64,000 bases of DNA from the human T2T-CHM13v2.0 reference genome, Homo sapiens: assembly GCF_009914755.1 (NCBI RefSeq), contig NC_060939.1. The stretch is one strand, 5' to 3'. Below are positions 36,991-53,892 of the stretch, one piece after another. The translations under genes and the position numbers were made by a program. Position 1 is the first letter of the stretch. Each line of letters starts with the position of its first letter. The notes beneath the pieces are model-generated. The model was not told where the DNA came from, searched no databases, and was given only the letters and a program-made list of their open reading frames with translations.

Positions 36991-39673
36991 GTTCAAGTCT
37001 ATTTTTGACCTTTTTCTCACAGACCCCTACCTTTTTTGTTGGAGAATGAAATAAAAAATGAAGATTTGGGCACTCACTGGTTTGTACACATTGTTACTGG
37101 GGAATGTGTTGATTGGAGGCCTTGCTAGCTAACAGAGCAAAGAGTAAATACACACATATGTTTACAAATTTCTACAAGTCTCCATATGTATCTGCATTAA
37201 ATTAAACATGAATTCCTACAGCCTCCTCCGTCCCACACGATCTTATTCAGCACCATGTGAATCTGTCTACCCATCTCACTAATCTGTATGTAGCCTACCA
37301 CTGTAATATTTAACCACCTGAAAATGCAGGCATAGTGGTTTCAAAATAAGAAACATACAACCCCATGAGAAACACCCTTACCAGCTGTTTATGTATACCA
37401 ACTGCTTATGTATAAATCCTTTAGCCTTTAGACAGAATCTGAATAACTTATGTCAGTTGCTTAGGTCAGCTTCTTTTTCCCCTTCCTCCAGTGGATTATT
37501 TCATAGATTTGTATTTTTTCTCTGCATTTCTTCCTGGTCTGTTCCTATCTACTAAATAAGTTTTTTTGTTAATTTACATACTTTTAGGTTCACTCTTTGT
37601 GATATAAAGTTTTGTGGGAGTTGAAAAACTGTATCTTTTATCCACATTACAGTAGCATACATACTAATATACAAAAAGAAATTTTCTATCTTTACAGATT
37701 TGTCTTTCCTTTTGGCTGACACCCTGGTAACCAGTAAACTCTATACTGTCTCTATCCTTATGCCCTTTCTAGAGTGTCATACATTTTTTAAAACAAAAAG
37801 TATTTTGCTTTTACCAAATTGCTTTTTGGACTTAGTAATATGCCTTTTGGATCAGTAAAGGATATCTTATGGTTGGGATTTGCATTTCCCTAATGACAGA
37901 GGCATTGGGCATCTTTCTATATGCTTATTAAATATTACTATAGCTTCTTTGGAGACATGACTGTTCAAATTTTCTATTTTTGATTGGAGCATTTGCCTTT
38001 GGATTTTTGAGTTGTAAGATGTTGTAATATATTCTGGATTATAAATTCTTATTGGCTATTTGATGTACAAAGACTTTTCTCCCATTTTAAAATTGTTTTT
38101 ACTATTTTATTATGTACTTTAAATTATGATATATTTTACTAGTGATGTTTCAATATATCTATTTTCTCCTTCCTCTTGTGTATTAGTTTTCATATCTTAG
38201 AAACCATTGTTTAACCTTTGTTAAACAATTTGTTTTTGTTTTTAGTTTTGGCTTTTTAGGTGTATTATTGTATTAGTCTGTTCCCACACTGCTGTAAAGA
38301 ACTACCTGAGACTGGGTAATTAATAAAGAACAGTGGTTTAATATATCCACAGTTCTATAGGCTGTACAGGAGGCATGACTGGCGAGACTTACAATCATGG
38401 TGGAAGGCAAAGGGGAGGCAAGAATATGTTACATGGCTGGAGACGGAGGAATAGATAGAAGAAGGAAGTGTCACACACTTTTAAACAATCACATTTTGTG
38501 ATAACTCACTGTCATAAGAACGGCAAGGGGGAATCTACCCCCATGAGTCAGTCGACTCCCACCAGGCCCCTCCTCCAACATTGGAGATTATAATTTGCCA
38601 TGAGATTGGGAGGGGACACAAATCTAAACCATATCATCCTGCCCCTGACCCCTCCTAAATATCATGTTTTTCTCATATTGCAAAATACAATCCTTCCTTC
38701 TCAATAGTCACCCAACTGTTAACTCATTTCAGCATTAACTCAAAAGTCCACAGTCCAAAGTTTCATCAGAGATAAGGCAAGTCCCTTCTACCTATGAGCC
38801 TGTAAAATCAAAAGCAAAGTCGTTACTTTCAATATACAATGGGGGTACAGGCATTGGGTAAATACCCTCATTCCAAAAGTTATAAATCAGCTAGAACAGA
38901 AGGACAACAGGTCCCATGCAAGTCTGAAACCCAGCAGGGCAGTCATTAAATCTTAAAGCTCCAAAATGATCTCCTTTGAGTCTGCATCTCACATCCAGGC
39001 CACACTGATGCAAGGGATGGGCTTTCAAGGCCTTGGGCAGCTCTGCCTCTCTGGCTTGGCAGGGCTCAGCTACCATGGCTGCTCTCAAGGGCTGGCATTG
39101 AGTGCCTGTGGCTTTTCCAGGCACATAATGCAAGCTGTTGGTGGATATACTACTCTGGGGTCTGGAGGACAGTGGCCCTCTTCTCACAGTTCCACTAGGC
39201 CCCCAGTGGAGAGTCTTTGTGGGGGCTCCAACTCTATACTTCTTCTCTGCGCTGTCCTAGTACAGGTTTTCCCTAAGGGCTCCATCACTGCAGCAGACTT
39301 CTGCCTGGGCATCGAGGCATTTCCATACATTCTCTGAAACCTAGGCAGAGGCTCCCAAGCCTCAACTCTTTCCCTCTGTGTACCTTCAGGCTTAACACCA
39401 CGTGGAAACTGCCAAGGATTATGGCTTGCACCTCCTGGAGCAGTGGCCTGATACATATCTGGGGACCTTTTAGTCAGAGCTGGAGCTGGAGCAGCTGGGG
39501 CACAGGGAGCAGCAGCCCAAGGTTGCACAGGGCACTGAGGCCTTGGGCTTGGTCCTTGAAACCATTATTTTCTCCAAGGCTTTTGTGCCTATGATGGGAG
39601 GGGCTGTTGGAAGGCTTCTGAAGTGGCTTTGAGGCATTTTCCTTATTGTCTTGGCTATTAAAATTCGGTTCCT

Positions 39674-39977
39674 CTTTTTTTTTTTTTTTTTTTTTGAGAT
39701 AGAGTCTCGCTCTGTTGCCCAGGCTGGAGTGCAGTGGCGTGATCTCAGCTCACTGCAAGCTCCACCCTCCCGGGTTCATGCCATTCTCCTGCCTCAGCCT
39801 CCCGAGCAGCTGGGACTACAGGCACCCGCCACCACGCCAGGCTAATTTTTTGTATTTTTTAGTAGAGATGGAGTTTCACTGTGTTAGCCAGGATGGTCTC
39901 GATCTCCTGACCTCGTGATCCACCCTTCTCAGACTCCCAAAGTGCTGGCATTACAGTCATGAACCACTGCACCCGGC
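39674..39977 (-). mobile_element. AluY
   Basis: Diagnostic GCAAGCTCC, GCCATTCTCC, GGCACCCGCCACCACG and GTTAGCCAGGATGGTCTCGATCTCC. Confidence 0.9.
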
Positions 39978-40018
39978 TATTTTGGCTCCTCTTAAGCGAA
40001 TTTCTGCAGCTGGCTTGA

Positions 40019-40353
<335 letters not shown>

Positions 40354-42699
40354 AGGGTTTTTCTTTTTTTATAAAATGGCTGGACTACAAATTTTCTAAA
40401 CTTTTATGCTCTGCCTGTTTTTTAAATATAAGTTTTAATTTCATAGCATCACTTTGCTCACACTATGACAATACACTGTTAGAAGCAGCCAGGCCACATC
40501 TTGAATGCTTTGCTGCTTAGCAATTTCTTCCACAAGATACCCTAAATCATCAGTCTGAAATTCAAAGTTCCACAGATCCCTAGAGCAGGGGCACAGTGCC
40601 ACCAGTCTCTGTCCTAACATAACAAGAGTGACCCTTACTCTAGTTCCCAATAAGTTCCTCATCTCCATCTGAGACCACCTCAGCCTGCACTTCATAGCCC
40701 ATGTCACTATCAGCATTGTGATCACAACAATTTAACCAGTCTCTGGAAAGTTCCAAAGTTCTCCTCATATTCCTGTTTTTTTCTGACCCCTCCAGACTGT
40801 TCCAACCTCTGCTCATTACCCGGTATCAAAGTCACTTCCACGTTTTCAAGTATCTTTATAGCAATGCCCCACTCCCAGTAGCAATTTTCTGTATTAGCCT
40901 GTTTTTGTATTGCTATAAAGAACTACCTGAAACTGGGTAATTTATAAAGCAAAGAGGTTTAATTGACTCATAGTTCTTGAGGGTGTAGAGGAAACATGGC
41001 TGGGGAGGCCTCAGGAAGCTTACAATCATGGCAGAAGAAGAAGGGAAAGCAGGCACATCTTTTATGGCCTGAGAAGGAAAAAGAGAAAGAAGGGTGAGGT
41101 CCTACACACTTAAATAACGATATCTCATGAAAATTCACATACTGTCATGAGAACAGCAAGGGGAAATCTTCCCCCATTATCCAATCACCTCCCACCAGGC
41201 CGCTCCTGTAACATTGGGGATTACGATGTGGCATGAGATTTGGGCAGGGACACAACCATATCAGTGACTAATTTGAACTATTTATGCATATGCTGTGAGG
41301 GAGGAGTTTAACTTGCCTGTTGATGTTGACGATGTCGACTTGTCCCAGAATCCATTGATGAAAAAAATACTTTTCCATATTGAATTTACTTGGAGCCCTT
41401 GTAAAATTATTTCACCGTAAATGTAAAGGTTAACTTTTTGATATTCAATTTTATTCTATTTATCTGTATGTCTACACCATACATATGAATTAGTATGGTT
41501 TGTCTTAGTTTTAAAATCAGAAAATATGGGTCTATTTTACAAATTCTGGTTTTTTTTCAAAATTATTTTAACTCTTCTCTATTGCATTATATATACAATT
41601 TAAAATCTGTTTGACAAGTTAGTGAAAAAAGGTCACCTGGGATTTTCATGGAAATTGCATTAAATCTATAGAGCCATATAAAAAGTATTGTCAACTTAAT
41701 AATATCAAGCCTTTTAATCAGTGATCATTCAACATTTGTCTGTTTTTGTATAATTTTATTAATTACATTTAATGTATTTTACAATTTTCAATATACATGT
41801 CGTATGCGTGTTTTGTTGAATTTATTCTTACGTATTTTTCCTTTTTGATGCTATTTTAAATAGCATGGGTTTCTGAGTTTTTTGTTAAGTTTGTTAATTT
41901 CTAGTATATAGAAGTACATATTTCTATATACTGACCTTGTGTACTGGAACTGTATTGAACTTACATTTTAATTTGCATTCTATTTTATTAGAGTAATTTT
42001 GATGTCCTCTACACAAATCATGTCAATTGCCAAGAGAGTTTTACTTTCTTTTATACTAGATGTCTTATATTCATTTTTCTAGACTAATTGTCCTTGCTAC
42101 ATCCTCTAGCATAATGTGGGGAAAAAATGTGGCCAGAATGAAATTCCTTGTCTTATTTCTAATCTTGGAGAAAGTATTGAGCCTTTCAGAAAACTTTTAT
42201 ATCATGTGAGGGTTTTTATTTTTTTCGATGCTTTAAAGTGAAGACAGTTTCTTTACAGTTCTAATTTGCTGCATATCTTCATCATGAATGTGTTTTTGAT
42301 TTGTCAAGTGCTCATTCTGTGTTTTTGAGATAATCGTGTAGGTTCTGTGCTTTATTCCATTAATACAGTGCATGAATTGTATGTTGAACAAAATTTGCAT
42401 TCCTGAGGAAATACCCTTTGTCATAGTGTATAATACTTTCTGCATGTTGCTGATTTGTTTTGCTATTATTTCCTTAAGGATTTTTGCCTCTTTATTCATA
42501 AGGCATATTGGTCTTATTTTCCTTTCTTGAAATGTTTTGGTCTAATTGTGGTATGAGGATAAAGTACCTCATAGCGTGCACTGGGACGTGATCTCTTCAC
42601 TGCTGTCATTGCTGTTGTTTAATATTTTTAGAGAATTCGTAATGAATTTGTATTAATTCTTTAAAAGTATGAAATAATTTCCTAGTGAAGCCATCTTAA

Positions 42700-42797
42700 C
42701 ATGGAACTGGAATTAAATCCTAACAACAATCATGTGAGCCTGGGGAGGATCCTTCCCCAGGTGAGCCTTCAGGGGAGACTTCAGCCTTAGCCATTTG
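42700..42797 (+). mobile_element. MLT1 fragment (copy 2 of 3, truncated)
   Basis: CCTAACAACAATCATGTGAGCCTGGGGAGGATCCTTCCCCAGGTGAGCCTTCAG. Confidence 0.7.
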
Positions 42798-43181
42798 TGT
42801 GATTAAAAGGGTGAATGAGAATGAAGAAAAACAGAGATCAAGAATGTTATAGATTAAAGAATTGAATTTGTAATATAGCTTGCAGTGATCACTGCTTATA
42901 TTTCTAACTTTAGGACACAATTCTTTTAATATAGATTTTCCTTAGTCTTTAGAATACTAACACTTCAGGAAAAATTTCAAGTGTCTCTCTACAATTTATA
43001 TCTTCCTCATCAATAGATTTCTTGAACCATAGTTTATAAAACAATTACAGCACTTCACTAATAAGTCTAATATTTCTAATAACTAAGTAAAATGTGAATA
43101 GAATTGGTAAATTAATGTGAAAATATATACAACAATGTTTCCTTAATAACAAACTAAAATATAGCACATTAGCCAACATGA

Positions 43182-43297
43182 TTTTTTTTTTTTTTGAGAT
43201 GGAATTCGCTGTTTCTCCCAGGCTGGAGTGAAGTGGCGCGATGTGGGCTCACTGCAGCCTCCGCCCCCAGGGTTCAAGGGATTCTCCTGCCTCAGCC
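43182..43297 (-). mobile_element. 5'-truncated Alu insertion
   Basis: Only the last ~100 nt of the right arm plus tail. TSD AGCCAACATGATTT / AGCCACCATGATTT. Confidence 0.85.
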
Positions 43298-43349
43298 ACC
43301 ATGATTTAACACTGAGAAGTAGGCAGTCACAGAGAAAAGGTGTGTAAAC

Positions 43350-46200
43350 AATTCTTTGGTACACATTTTAACATCTTTTAAAGAGAGATGCATCTTCTGT
43401 TTGAAAGGGTTATAACATTATTGCCAGAAAGCAGTCATGATGTGGTTGTCCTCAGGCACACACACATGAACTTGGTCTAAACCTCCCCAAAGACATCTTT
43501 GGGCAATTACATCAAGCATCAAAACTTACAGAAGGGTGTCAGGAGACTGGAAAGATAAACTTACATAGAGTAGCATAGGAGTCCCAAGAGAAATGTAGCA
43601 ACACTGATGCTTGCGATTAGCACAGATGATGATATTGTGGGGAAAATCATGGACAAGATGAGTTGAAAGTGATTCAGAGAGTTTGTTCTGAATGAAATAA
43701 GTGTTAGCAATACCTTTGTAAATGTATTTTGCATATATGTTCTGTCTCATGTAATCACAGGAATGGTATAAGACAAATATAAACGTGTTAGTCGAGAAAA
43801 GTTTATAAAATAATTATAAAACTCTAATTAGAAATATTTGCTCCATTATTTATTAGTGGTTTTATTATTTCATTCTGATATATAAATCTAAAAAATAAAT
43901 CTCACAATTTATTATAAAAATTAGTCTTAATGATATGTATAGATGTGATATTATCCTCCATGCTTTATATATTATTTTATACAAACGCACCTGACATCTC
44001 AAGAAGTGAGCACTGTTACCACTGCCACGGGCCAGTTCTGAATCTGAGACTAAGCACTACATGAAAGGATTAAAAGTGCTTTGAGTTTGATTCAGTCTGT
44101 AGCCAAAGTCGTTGCTCAAGTCAACTATGTAGAATATGTAGAATAGTTTATTATATAATTAGTGCTTTTTAGGTCTAGTTTCAGGTATTTTACCCTACCA
44201 TATAGTCCCAAAGATATTTTCTTATGTGTTCTACATAGTGTACTAAATATATATATATATGTCTGTGATCCACCTGATTTTGTGTGTAAAATGAAGTTAA
44301 AGGTCAGATTTTAATTCCCTTGTGAATATTAAGTTTTTTGAATAGTTTGAGAAAAATTGATCTGTCCCCATTTATTGACTTACAAATGATTTGTTCATAT
44401 ATACATGTCTGTATTTATGCTGTTTTATTTTTCATTGGTTTATTCCTCTGTCTCTGTGCAAATGCAACACTTTCTTAGTTGCTAACAGACTTCATTTAAT
44501 ACAATAATTTTGTGACCATTCTATTAATGACTGTGCTTTTCCATAATGAAGTGAAAGAAGATTAAAAATCTCCATGCCTTTCACCTACACCACTACTCTC
44601 CGCTGGACTTTGAATCAGAGGCTTTAGAGTTTCAGAATATAATTGTTGTCTCTTATGTCTGTAATGTCTTTGTTAATCTTATAAGATCCGTGAACACCAC
44701 TCTTCAGTTTATGTATTTCATACCTTCAACAACAGCAAGTGGTGGGAAAACCTGGAGATGCAGCCCCGGGTGCCTCCTGCCTTGCTGTAGATGATGCTGT
44801 GGACATGGGTCTCCTCCTCCAGACGATGCACATCAAAGGCAGGACCAGCAGGGAGCCTCTGAGCTCAGAACCTCTCTGTGGGGTCTGCATGCACAAGGGG
44901 AGGAGCTCCCTGTTGGGTGGAGTGGGGAATTCAGTTATTTTGTATGAGCATGAATTTGTTAAATAATCATTCTTCTTTCTGACCAATGGCACATTTCCCC
45001 TTCAGTCCTGGCACTGTAATGTTACATCTTGGTTTTTGGTTTTGTGTACAAGTGTGTTTAAAACTTGTGTATTAAGCACAAAGAAAACACTCTTTTCTTG
45101 GTCACATAGCCATCATGTACAACCAAATGCATACTTTTGTACTTTTACAAAACAAACATCCCTGGGTGCTTCCTGCACAGACACAGACAACTCACTAGAT
45201 AAGGTTTACCTCCTCCAGACCACGCCTATCCAAGATAGTGCCTAAGTAGATGCAGGAGAGTTGAGTCTGTCTCTGTGGTGTCTTCATGGGAAACACGAAC
45301 ATTTTGTTGCTCTACGTCTGGTGTTGGTTGGGGAAGTCAGTTATTTCTTGGAAAGATTGAGTGTGTCAAAGAATCATTCTGTTTGCTGTCTGAAAACAAA
45401 TGACACAGTATTTGTTTTGAACAAATGAAACAGTGTTTGTTTTGGTGTGCAAAGGCCTTTGACACTTTCTGTGTCAACGTACTTTTTATCATCACATAAA
45501 CATCATGTATGACCAAATTCAAATTTTTGTAGTGTGTATTAATGCCTTTTATTTTGTTTAATTATTATAATCATTTTTCAAAATATCTTTATTTTAATAT
45601 TTTATCACTTTATTAAATTAATGGAAATATCACCCATTGTCTATAATTGTTTTCCACAAATTTCCTCTGAAATACTTCTAGTTCAAGAGGTGCAGAAAGT
45701 TTGCTGGGAACAAGACAATTTGCTAGAGACTCATACTTAAAAAGGGTTTTGTACATGGCTTAGTTTGTTCTAATTTGCAAGGTTCAAAAGCATTAATTTG
45801 AATAGATGGAACATCAAGACTCCCTTCCAGCACACAAAGACCAGTTATTTTGTTAATATGCACGAATAAACTTCAGCATATTGTTTTTCTTTTACCTGAA
45901 ATTTATAGATACTGGCTTGAATCTCTGATCCCTTCTACATAGTATTTGTAAACGTCTGCAAGGCATTTCCTTATACTTATGGCTCATAATATAGGTGTGT
46001 ATTCTTCTCTTACTCTTTGATGAGTAAATACCAAAATTGCTTTTTCAGTTAAAAAGAAAAAAGCCACTCCGAAAATCTGTGCATACAACTCCACACAGCA
46101 AATGTTTTCCGATTATCGTCTGTAGAAAAGAAGTGGGAACTTCAATTTATTTTCTTTTATCAGATAATAATCTTTTAAAAGTGATTTATACTTTTATAGA
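43350..46200. repeat. Uninterrupted copy of low-copy modules A and U
   Basis: 43360-43810 matches 1700-2140, 43995-44470 matches 8520-9330 and 44515-46200 matches 33805-35200. Confidence 0.8.
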
Positions 46201-46229
46201 TTACCAGAGAATTTTCAGAGTTGCTTTCT

Positions 46230-46640
46230 GTCCAGGACATGTGTGGGGCTCAGAGACACCATAGACAAAGTTGCCATGTTCTGTGATGCTTCTGTCCAAC
46301 AGGGTTTCAGAAAACTTGACAAAAATTAAACTGTAAGGTGGAAGAGCTGCCCTTGGGAACTGAGAGGACAGGTTTCAGGCCTGGGATGGGATGGACAGGG
46401 GAAGCCTCCAGGAGGAGGAACATTGGAGGAGATGCTGGAGAGTGAGGCGCAGTGGGTCCAGGAGACAGGGGAGGGAAAGCGAGGAGGAAAACGTGTGTGC
46501 CTGGCACAGGCCAGGCCTTGAGAAGAGGTCTGTGGATTGGAAGGAGCGCTGGGATGAGTAATTGGTGAGGAAGCAGGAGCAGGAAGGGCAGACCACGGAG
46601 GGACTGGGCAGGGGAGGCAGGGAGGGCCGCTCCCTGAGGA
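46230..46640 (-). mobile_element. Probable ancient L2 3' fragment
   Basis: Purine-rich GGAAGCCTCCAGGAGGAGGAACATTGGAG...GCACAGGCCAGGCCTTGAG resembles the antisense L2 3' end. Confidence 0.45.
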
Positions 46641-46779
46641 CTGCGCTCTGTGGGGAGGGATTCGAATGTCTGGGTTTGGTTCACTGAGATGTTACCCCAG
46701 CCCATGAGCTCAGCCTATGGGAAGGACGTTGAGGAGTGAGTGGGCCCTGTCCCCCGGGGAGGCTCCTGGGCTGGGCCAG

Positions 46780-47400
46780 GGGGGCGTGTGTCTGGGAGAA
46801 ACGAGGGTGAAGAAGAGCAAAGAGGACCCCCGGCTGCCTGACTGCAGGGCTCATGGGGCTACTCTTGTTCGCCGCCTTTTCTCCATCGCTCAGACCCTCA
46901 CTTCCCCGCCAGGGCAGGTTTCTGCCCCCTCAGTCCTTTTGCAGGTGTAGGGTGGGATCCATGGAGGAGAAAACTCGGATCTGCAGGCTCCTCTCCACCT
47001 GGCGCCCACACAGGTGAGGCTGGGAGCAGCCTGAAGGGAAGTGCCGGTGCGGGGGTCGCAGCTGCGCAGTGAGGGGAACCGGAGGCTGCCGCGCAGGCTG
47101 GGCTTGGGGGCGGGAGCCAGGCCCACGTGGGGCGTGAGGGCCGCGGGTGCAGGGCAAGGCTGACAGGGAGTGAGGGAGGAAGGTGGAGGGCGGTGATCAG
47201 AGGGCGCGGCTGACAGGGGGAGAGGGCGGTGAGATCTACAGGAGAACTCAGGGCGGATGTCTGAGGGGTCTGCGCTGGGCTTTCCGGTGGCTTCGCCCCG
47301 AACGCGCGCTTGTTCCTGCGGCGGTGCCTGCCTGTGTCGTCGTCCCTGTTTGTTCTTCAAACCTCAGGATTTCTCCGTGTTTCCCAGACCGTAACGTACA
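46780..47400. promoter_or_regulatory. CpG island / candidate promoter
   Basis: High GC with many intact CpGs in an otherwise CpG-depleted window. GC boxes (GGGGGCGGGA at 47106, GAGGGCGG repeated) and an ETS-like TTTCCGG at 47281. Confidence 0.7.
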
Positions 47401-47879
47401 TTTAAAAAGCTTTCTTTCTGTCACATATGCCCTTTTATATTATGGACATAACAATTGTTACTTACCTACGTTTCCTATTTGTGAATTATTCATAGATAAA
47501 GAATTTACCAAAACTTTTATTTTTAGTTGACACATTGCGTATATTTATGGATAACAGTGTGATATTTTGATTCTTGTATTCATTGGGGAAGATTCAATCA
47601 AGCTAATTAACATGGGCATCAACTCACCAGCTAATACTTTATGGTGAGAACACTAAAAATCTTTTATTTAGCTATTCTAAAATGTACAGCGTGACTTCGG
47701 AGGAAATGATACTGCCCGGCCTCAGTAGCCCGAGACTGATCATTTCTAAATCCTGAGGTTCCCATTTCTGAGGGGGTCATGGCTGCATACCCGTAAGCAA
47801 GGGGGGTGTTGGGGTGCTTTGTTTGCCCTGTTAATTTTGGGTGCCTCTGTGTTCTGAGAACTATTAAGATAATAGGTGT

Positions 47880-49394
47880 TTGAGAAATCCAGTTGCTTTA
47901 ACTTTTCCTTTGTTTTAGTCTGTTAACAACGTTATCGCTTTTCTTTTACTGACTTTAGATTTAATATATTCTTCCTTTTCTAGGTTCCAAAGGTGGAAAC
48001 ACAGATGACAGATTTTTGGTCTTTTCGTCATTTCCTATATATGTGTTCAATGGTATTTATTTGCCTATATGTTCCGCTTTCCTTTCATCCTACAAATTTT
48101 GATAAATTGTGCTTTTATTTTCATTTAGTTAATTTAAAAAAATTTCGCTGGAGATATCTTCTTTGACCAATATGTTATATGGAAGTGTGTTGTTTAATCT
48201 CAATGCATTTTGGGATATTACAGTTATCATTCCAGTCATCCTTTGATTTCTATTTTAATTCCACTGTCGTCTGACAGGTGACATTGTATGATTTACTTTT
48301 TAAAAATTGTTAGGGTATTTTTTGTCCCAGAATGTGGCACATTTTGCTGAATATTCCATGTGAGCTTAAGAAGAATGTGTCCTCTGGAGTAGTTGAGGGA
48401 AGGAGACTGTAGGTGTCAGTTATGCCCAGTTGCTTGTTGGTGCTGTTGAGTTCAGCTTTTCCCTCCTGAATTACTGCCTGCTAGATCTGTCCGTATCTGA
48501 TATAGGGTGTTAACGTTTCCAACTATAATACCGAATTCATCTTTTTCCTTGTGGTTCTGTTGATTTCTGCCTCATAGTTTATGCTCTGTTATCAGGCTCA
48601 TAGGCTTTAAGAATTAGGACATCTTCTTGGAAGAATGGCTCTTCATCTCTATGTAATGCCCTTCTTTATTCCTGATAACTTTTCTTGCTTTGAAGTCTGC
48701 TCTGCCTGTAATTCATATAGCTCCTCTTGTTTACTTTGATTAGAGTTAGCATCGTACATTTTGTTCCATTCATTTACTTTTATTTGTCTTTATATTTGGG
48801 TTGGGCTTATAAATAACAGTTGTGTCTTGTTTTTTGATTCATTTTGTAAATCTGTGTCTTTTACTTGGTGCAGTTAGACCACTGACATTCAGAGTGGTAA
48901 GCGATACAGTTGGATTAATATTTATCATATTTGTCAATGTTTTCGATTTGTTGTCCTTGTTCGTTCTTCCTATTTTCATCTTCCATTCATTTTCTGCCTT
49001 TTGTGGTTCTCATTAAGCATTTTACATTTTTCCATCTCTCGTATTTCTAAAAATATCAGTTATATATAATTTTAACTTTTTATTGGTGTAACATTTTTAT
49101 ACTTAGTTTATTATAAGAGAAAACAGTTTCTTGAAAAAATTGAAAAATTGTTAAATAATATATGCCTATGTATATATCTTATGTACATATCTTAAGTATA
49201 TATGTGTACAGATATATGCACATGTGCATGTGTGTTTGTATGTGTGTGTATACATGTATATATATACACATATATATGAAGTGGATATCAGCAATAATGC
49301 AAAGGACAGGAGAAAGGAATTAGGATTATCTGTTATTATAAGATACAGTAACTGTGAAGCAATATAACTTTATTTGAAAGGTAGCTCAGTTTAG

Positions 49395-49395
<1 letters not shown>
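47880..49395. mobile_element. Old L1M fragments (module B, copy 2, left part)
   Basis: Antisense L1M followed by a sense piece, collinear with 13120-14030. Confidence 0.65.
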
Positions 49396-51345
<1,950 letters not shown>

Positions 51346-52107
51346 TTAGTTTAAAATATAGTATTTCCAACTGTAGAACAGTCTATTGTACAAAAGCCTC
51401 TTACTTTCTTGGCTGTTGGCCATTGGCTAAATAAAGTGCCTTGCCAAGGGGGCTTCTCTCACATGGCTTCATAAAATCCATCGAGAGAGACATTTCTAGC
51501 AAGACCAAAATCATAATCATATATAAGAATCCCAGTGACACTTCTATACCTTTGCACTATTCTGTTGTTTCGAAGCAAGTCTCAATTCCTGCTTAGACTC
51601 ACTTGGATGGGATTACAGTAGAAGGTTCTGTATGTGAGAAGGTGGGGATAAATGGGCACCAACTTAGAGTCTACCTGACACATCAGGTATTCTCCTATAT
51701 GAAACAGTTTCCTGGCCTTCACTTCTTTTTCACGACCTTGACCCTTTTGAAAAGTACCAGTCAGGTATTTAATAGGATGTCCCATGATGTGGTTTCAGCT
51801 GATGTTTTCTCATGATTAAACTAGGAATATTAATGAATTAAACACCTTCACTTAAATCTGAAGACAAAATGACCTGAAGAATATAGTATTCAGAAATACT
51901 CAAAGAGGAAAAACTATTTTTAAAGTATGGAATGACAATTCACAATATAGTTAAGTTCAGTGCTTAAGGAAAACTGAGAAATTAAGGAGATGCACAAAGG
52001 AGGTATCAACAATATTGCTAATGATTTGTTTTTTTAAGCTTGGGAGTGACATTAACAACAACAACAACAACAACAACAAAAACAAGTTTTAAACAATGGT
52101 TTTCCAA

Positions 52108-52525
<418 letters not shown>

Positions 52526-53531
52526 TCAAAATTAACCAACCAATCTCATGTATTGTCATTGAGTACTATACATACTTTATTCTGATTTTTTGGTTTTTGC
52601 TTAATGTTAAGTTTATGTTTTAGGATCTCTTCCAGGATACGTCATCACATTTAGATATTTTGGCTTCATAGGCTCCATTGAATGTGATAGTTTCTCAGAG
52701 TTTCCTTGTTTTTGATGCCATTGACATTTCTAATTTAGGATTACTCTGATGTTTCTCATGATGAGACTGGACTTCTGGGCTTAAGGGAGGAAGAATATAG
52801 ATGAAAAGTACCATTCCTATCACATAATATCCAGGGCACAAGCTGTCAACAGGCTTTATCACTGTTGATGTTAATTTGATCACCTGGATAAAAATCTTTT
52901 CGTTCTAAAAATCTCTTCTGTAAAATTATTCTTTTTCTCCCTTTTCATGTTGTGTGTATTAAAAAAAGTCAGTATATACAACACACACTCAATACTGGGA
53001 GAATCATACACCACTGCTTTTTCTTTGAAATAAATTTATTAAAATTTCAATAGCTTTGGGATTACATGTAGTTTTTGGTTACATGCATGAATTGTATGGT
53101 GGTGAAGTCTGGGGCTTTTAGTGTACCTGTCACCTGAATAGTGTACGTTTTACCTCATAGGTAATTTTTTACCCCTCACTAGCCTCCAACCCTCCTCCTT
53201 TCAGAATCTTTAATGTCCATGATCCCCCTCTGCATGCTCCTGCATATCCATTGCTTACCCCAAACTTGTAAGTGAGAACCTGCAGTATTTGGTTTTCTGC
53301 TCCTGAGTTACTTCAATTATGATAATGGCCAAATTGCTTTGAAAAACATAATTTTGTTCTTTTCTATGGCTGAGTAGTATTCTGTAATATACATACACAC
53401 ACACACACACACACACCACATTTTCTTTATCCACTAATTGGTTGATGGGCACTTAGATTGATTTCATATTTTTGCAATTGTGAATTGTGCTGTGATAAAC
53501 CTAGAAGTGTAAGTGCCTTTTTGGTAGAATG

Positions 53532-53534
<3 letters not shown>

Positions 53535-53621
<87 letters not shown>

Positions 53622-53888
53622 TCTCACTTTGTCCTACAGGCTGGAGTGCAGTGGACCAATCTCATCTCACTGCAACCTCTGCCTCCTGGGTTCAAGGAAT
53701 TCTTGTGCCTCAGTCGCTGGAGGAGCTGGGACTGCAGGCGTGACACACCTGGCTAATTTTTGTATTTTTAGTAGAGATGGTGTTTTGCCTTGTTAGCCAG
53801 GCTGGTCTAGAACTCCTGGCCTCCAGTGATCCACCTGCCTCTGCCTCCCAAAGTACTGGAATTACAGGTGTGAGCCTCTGCACCTGGC
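53535..53888 (-). mobile_element. AluS whose tail has become a (TG)n(AG)n microsatellite
   Basis: Alu body at ~53610-53888, with a pure compound dinucleotide repeat at 53534-53616. Confidence 0.9.
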
Positions 53889-53892
53889 TGCC

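Noticed and set aside
46890-47360. 156-aa Pro-rich ORF in the CpG island
   Set aside because: Non-ATG start and a composition explained by GC content; no family recognised.
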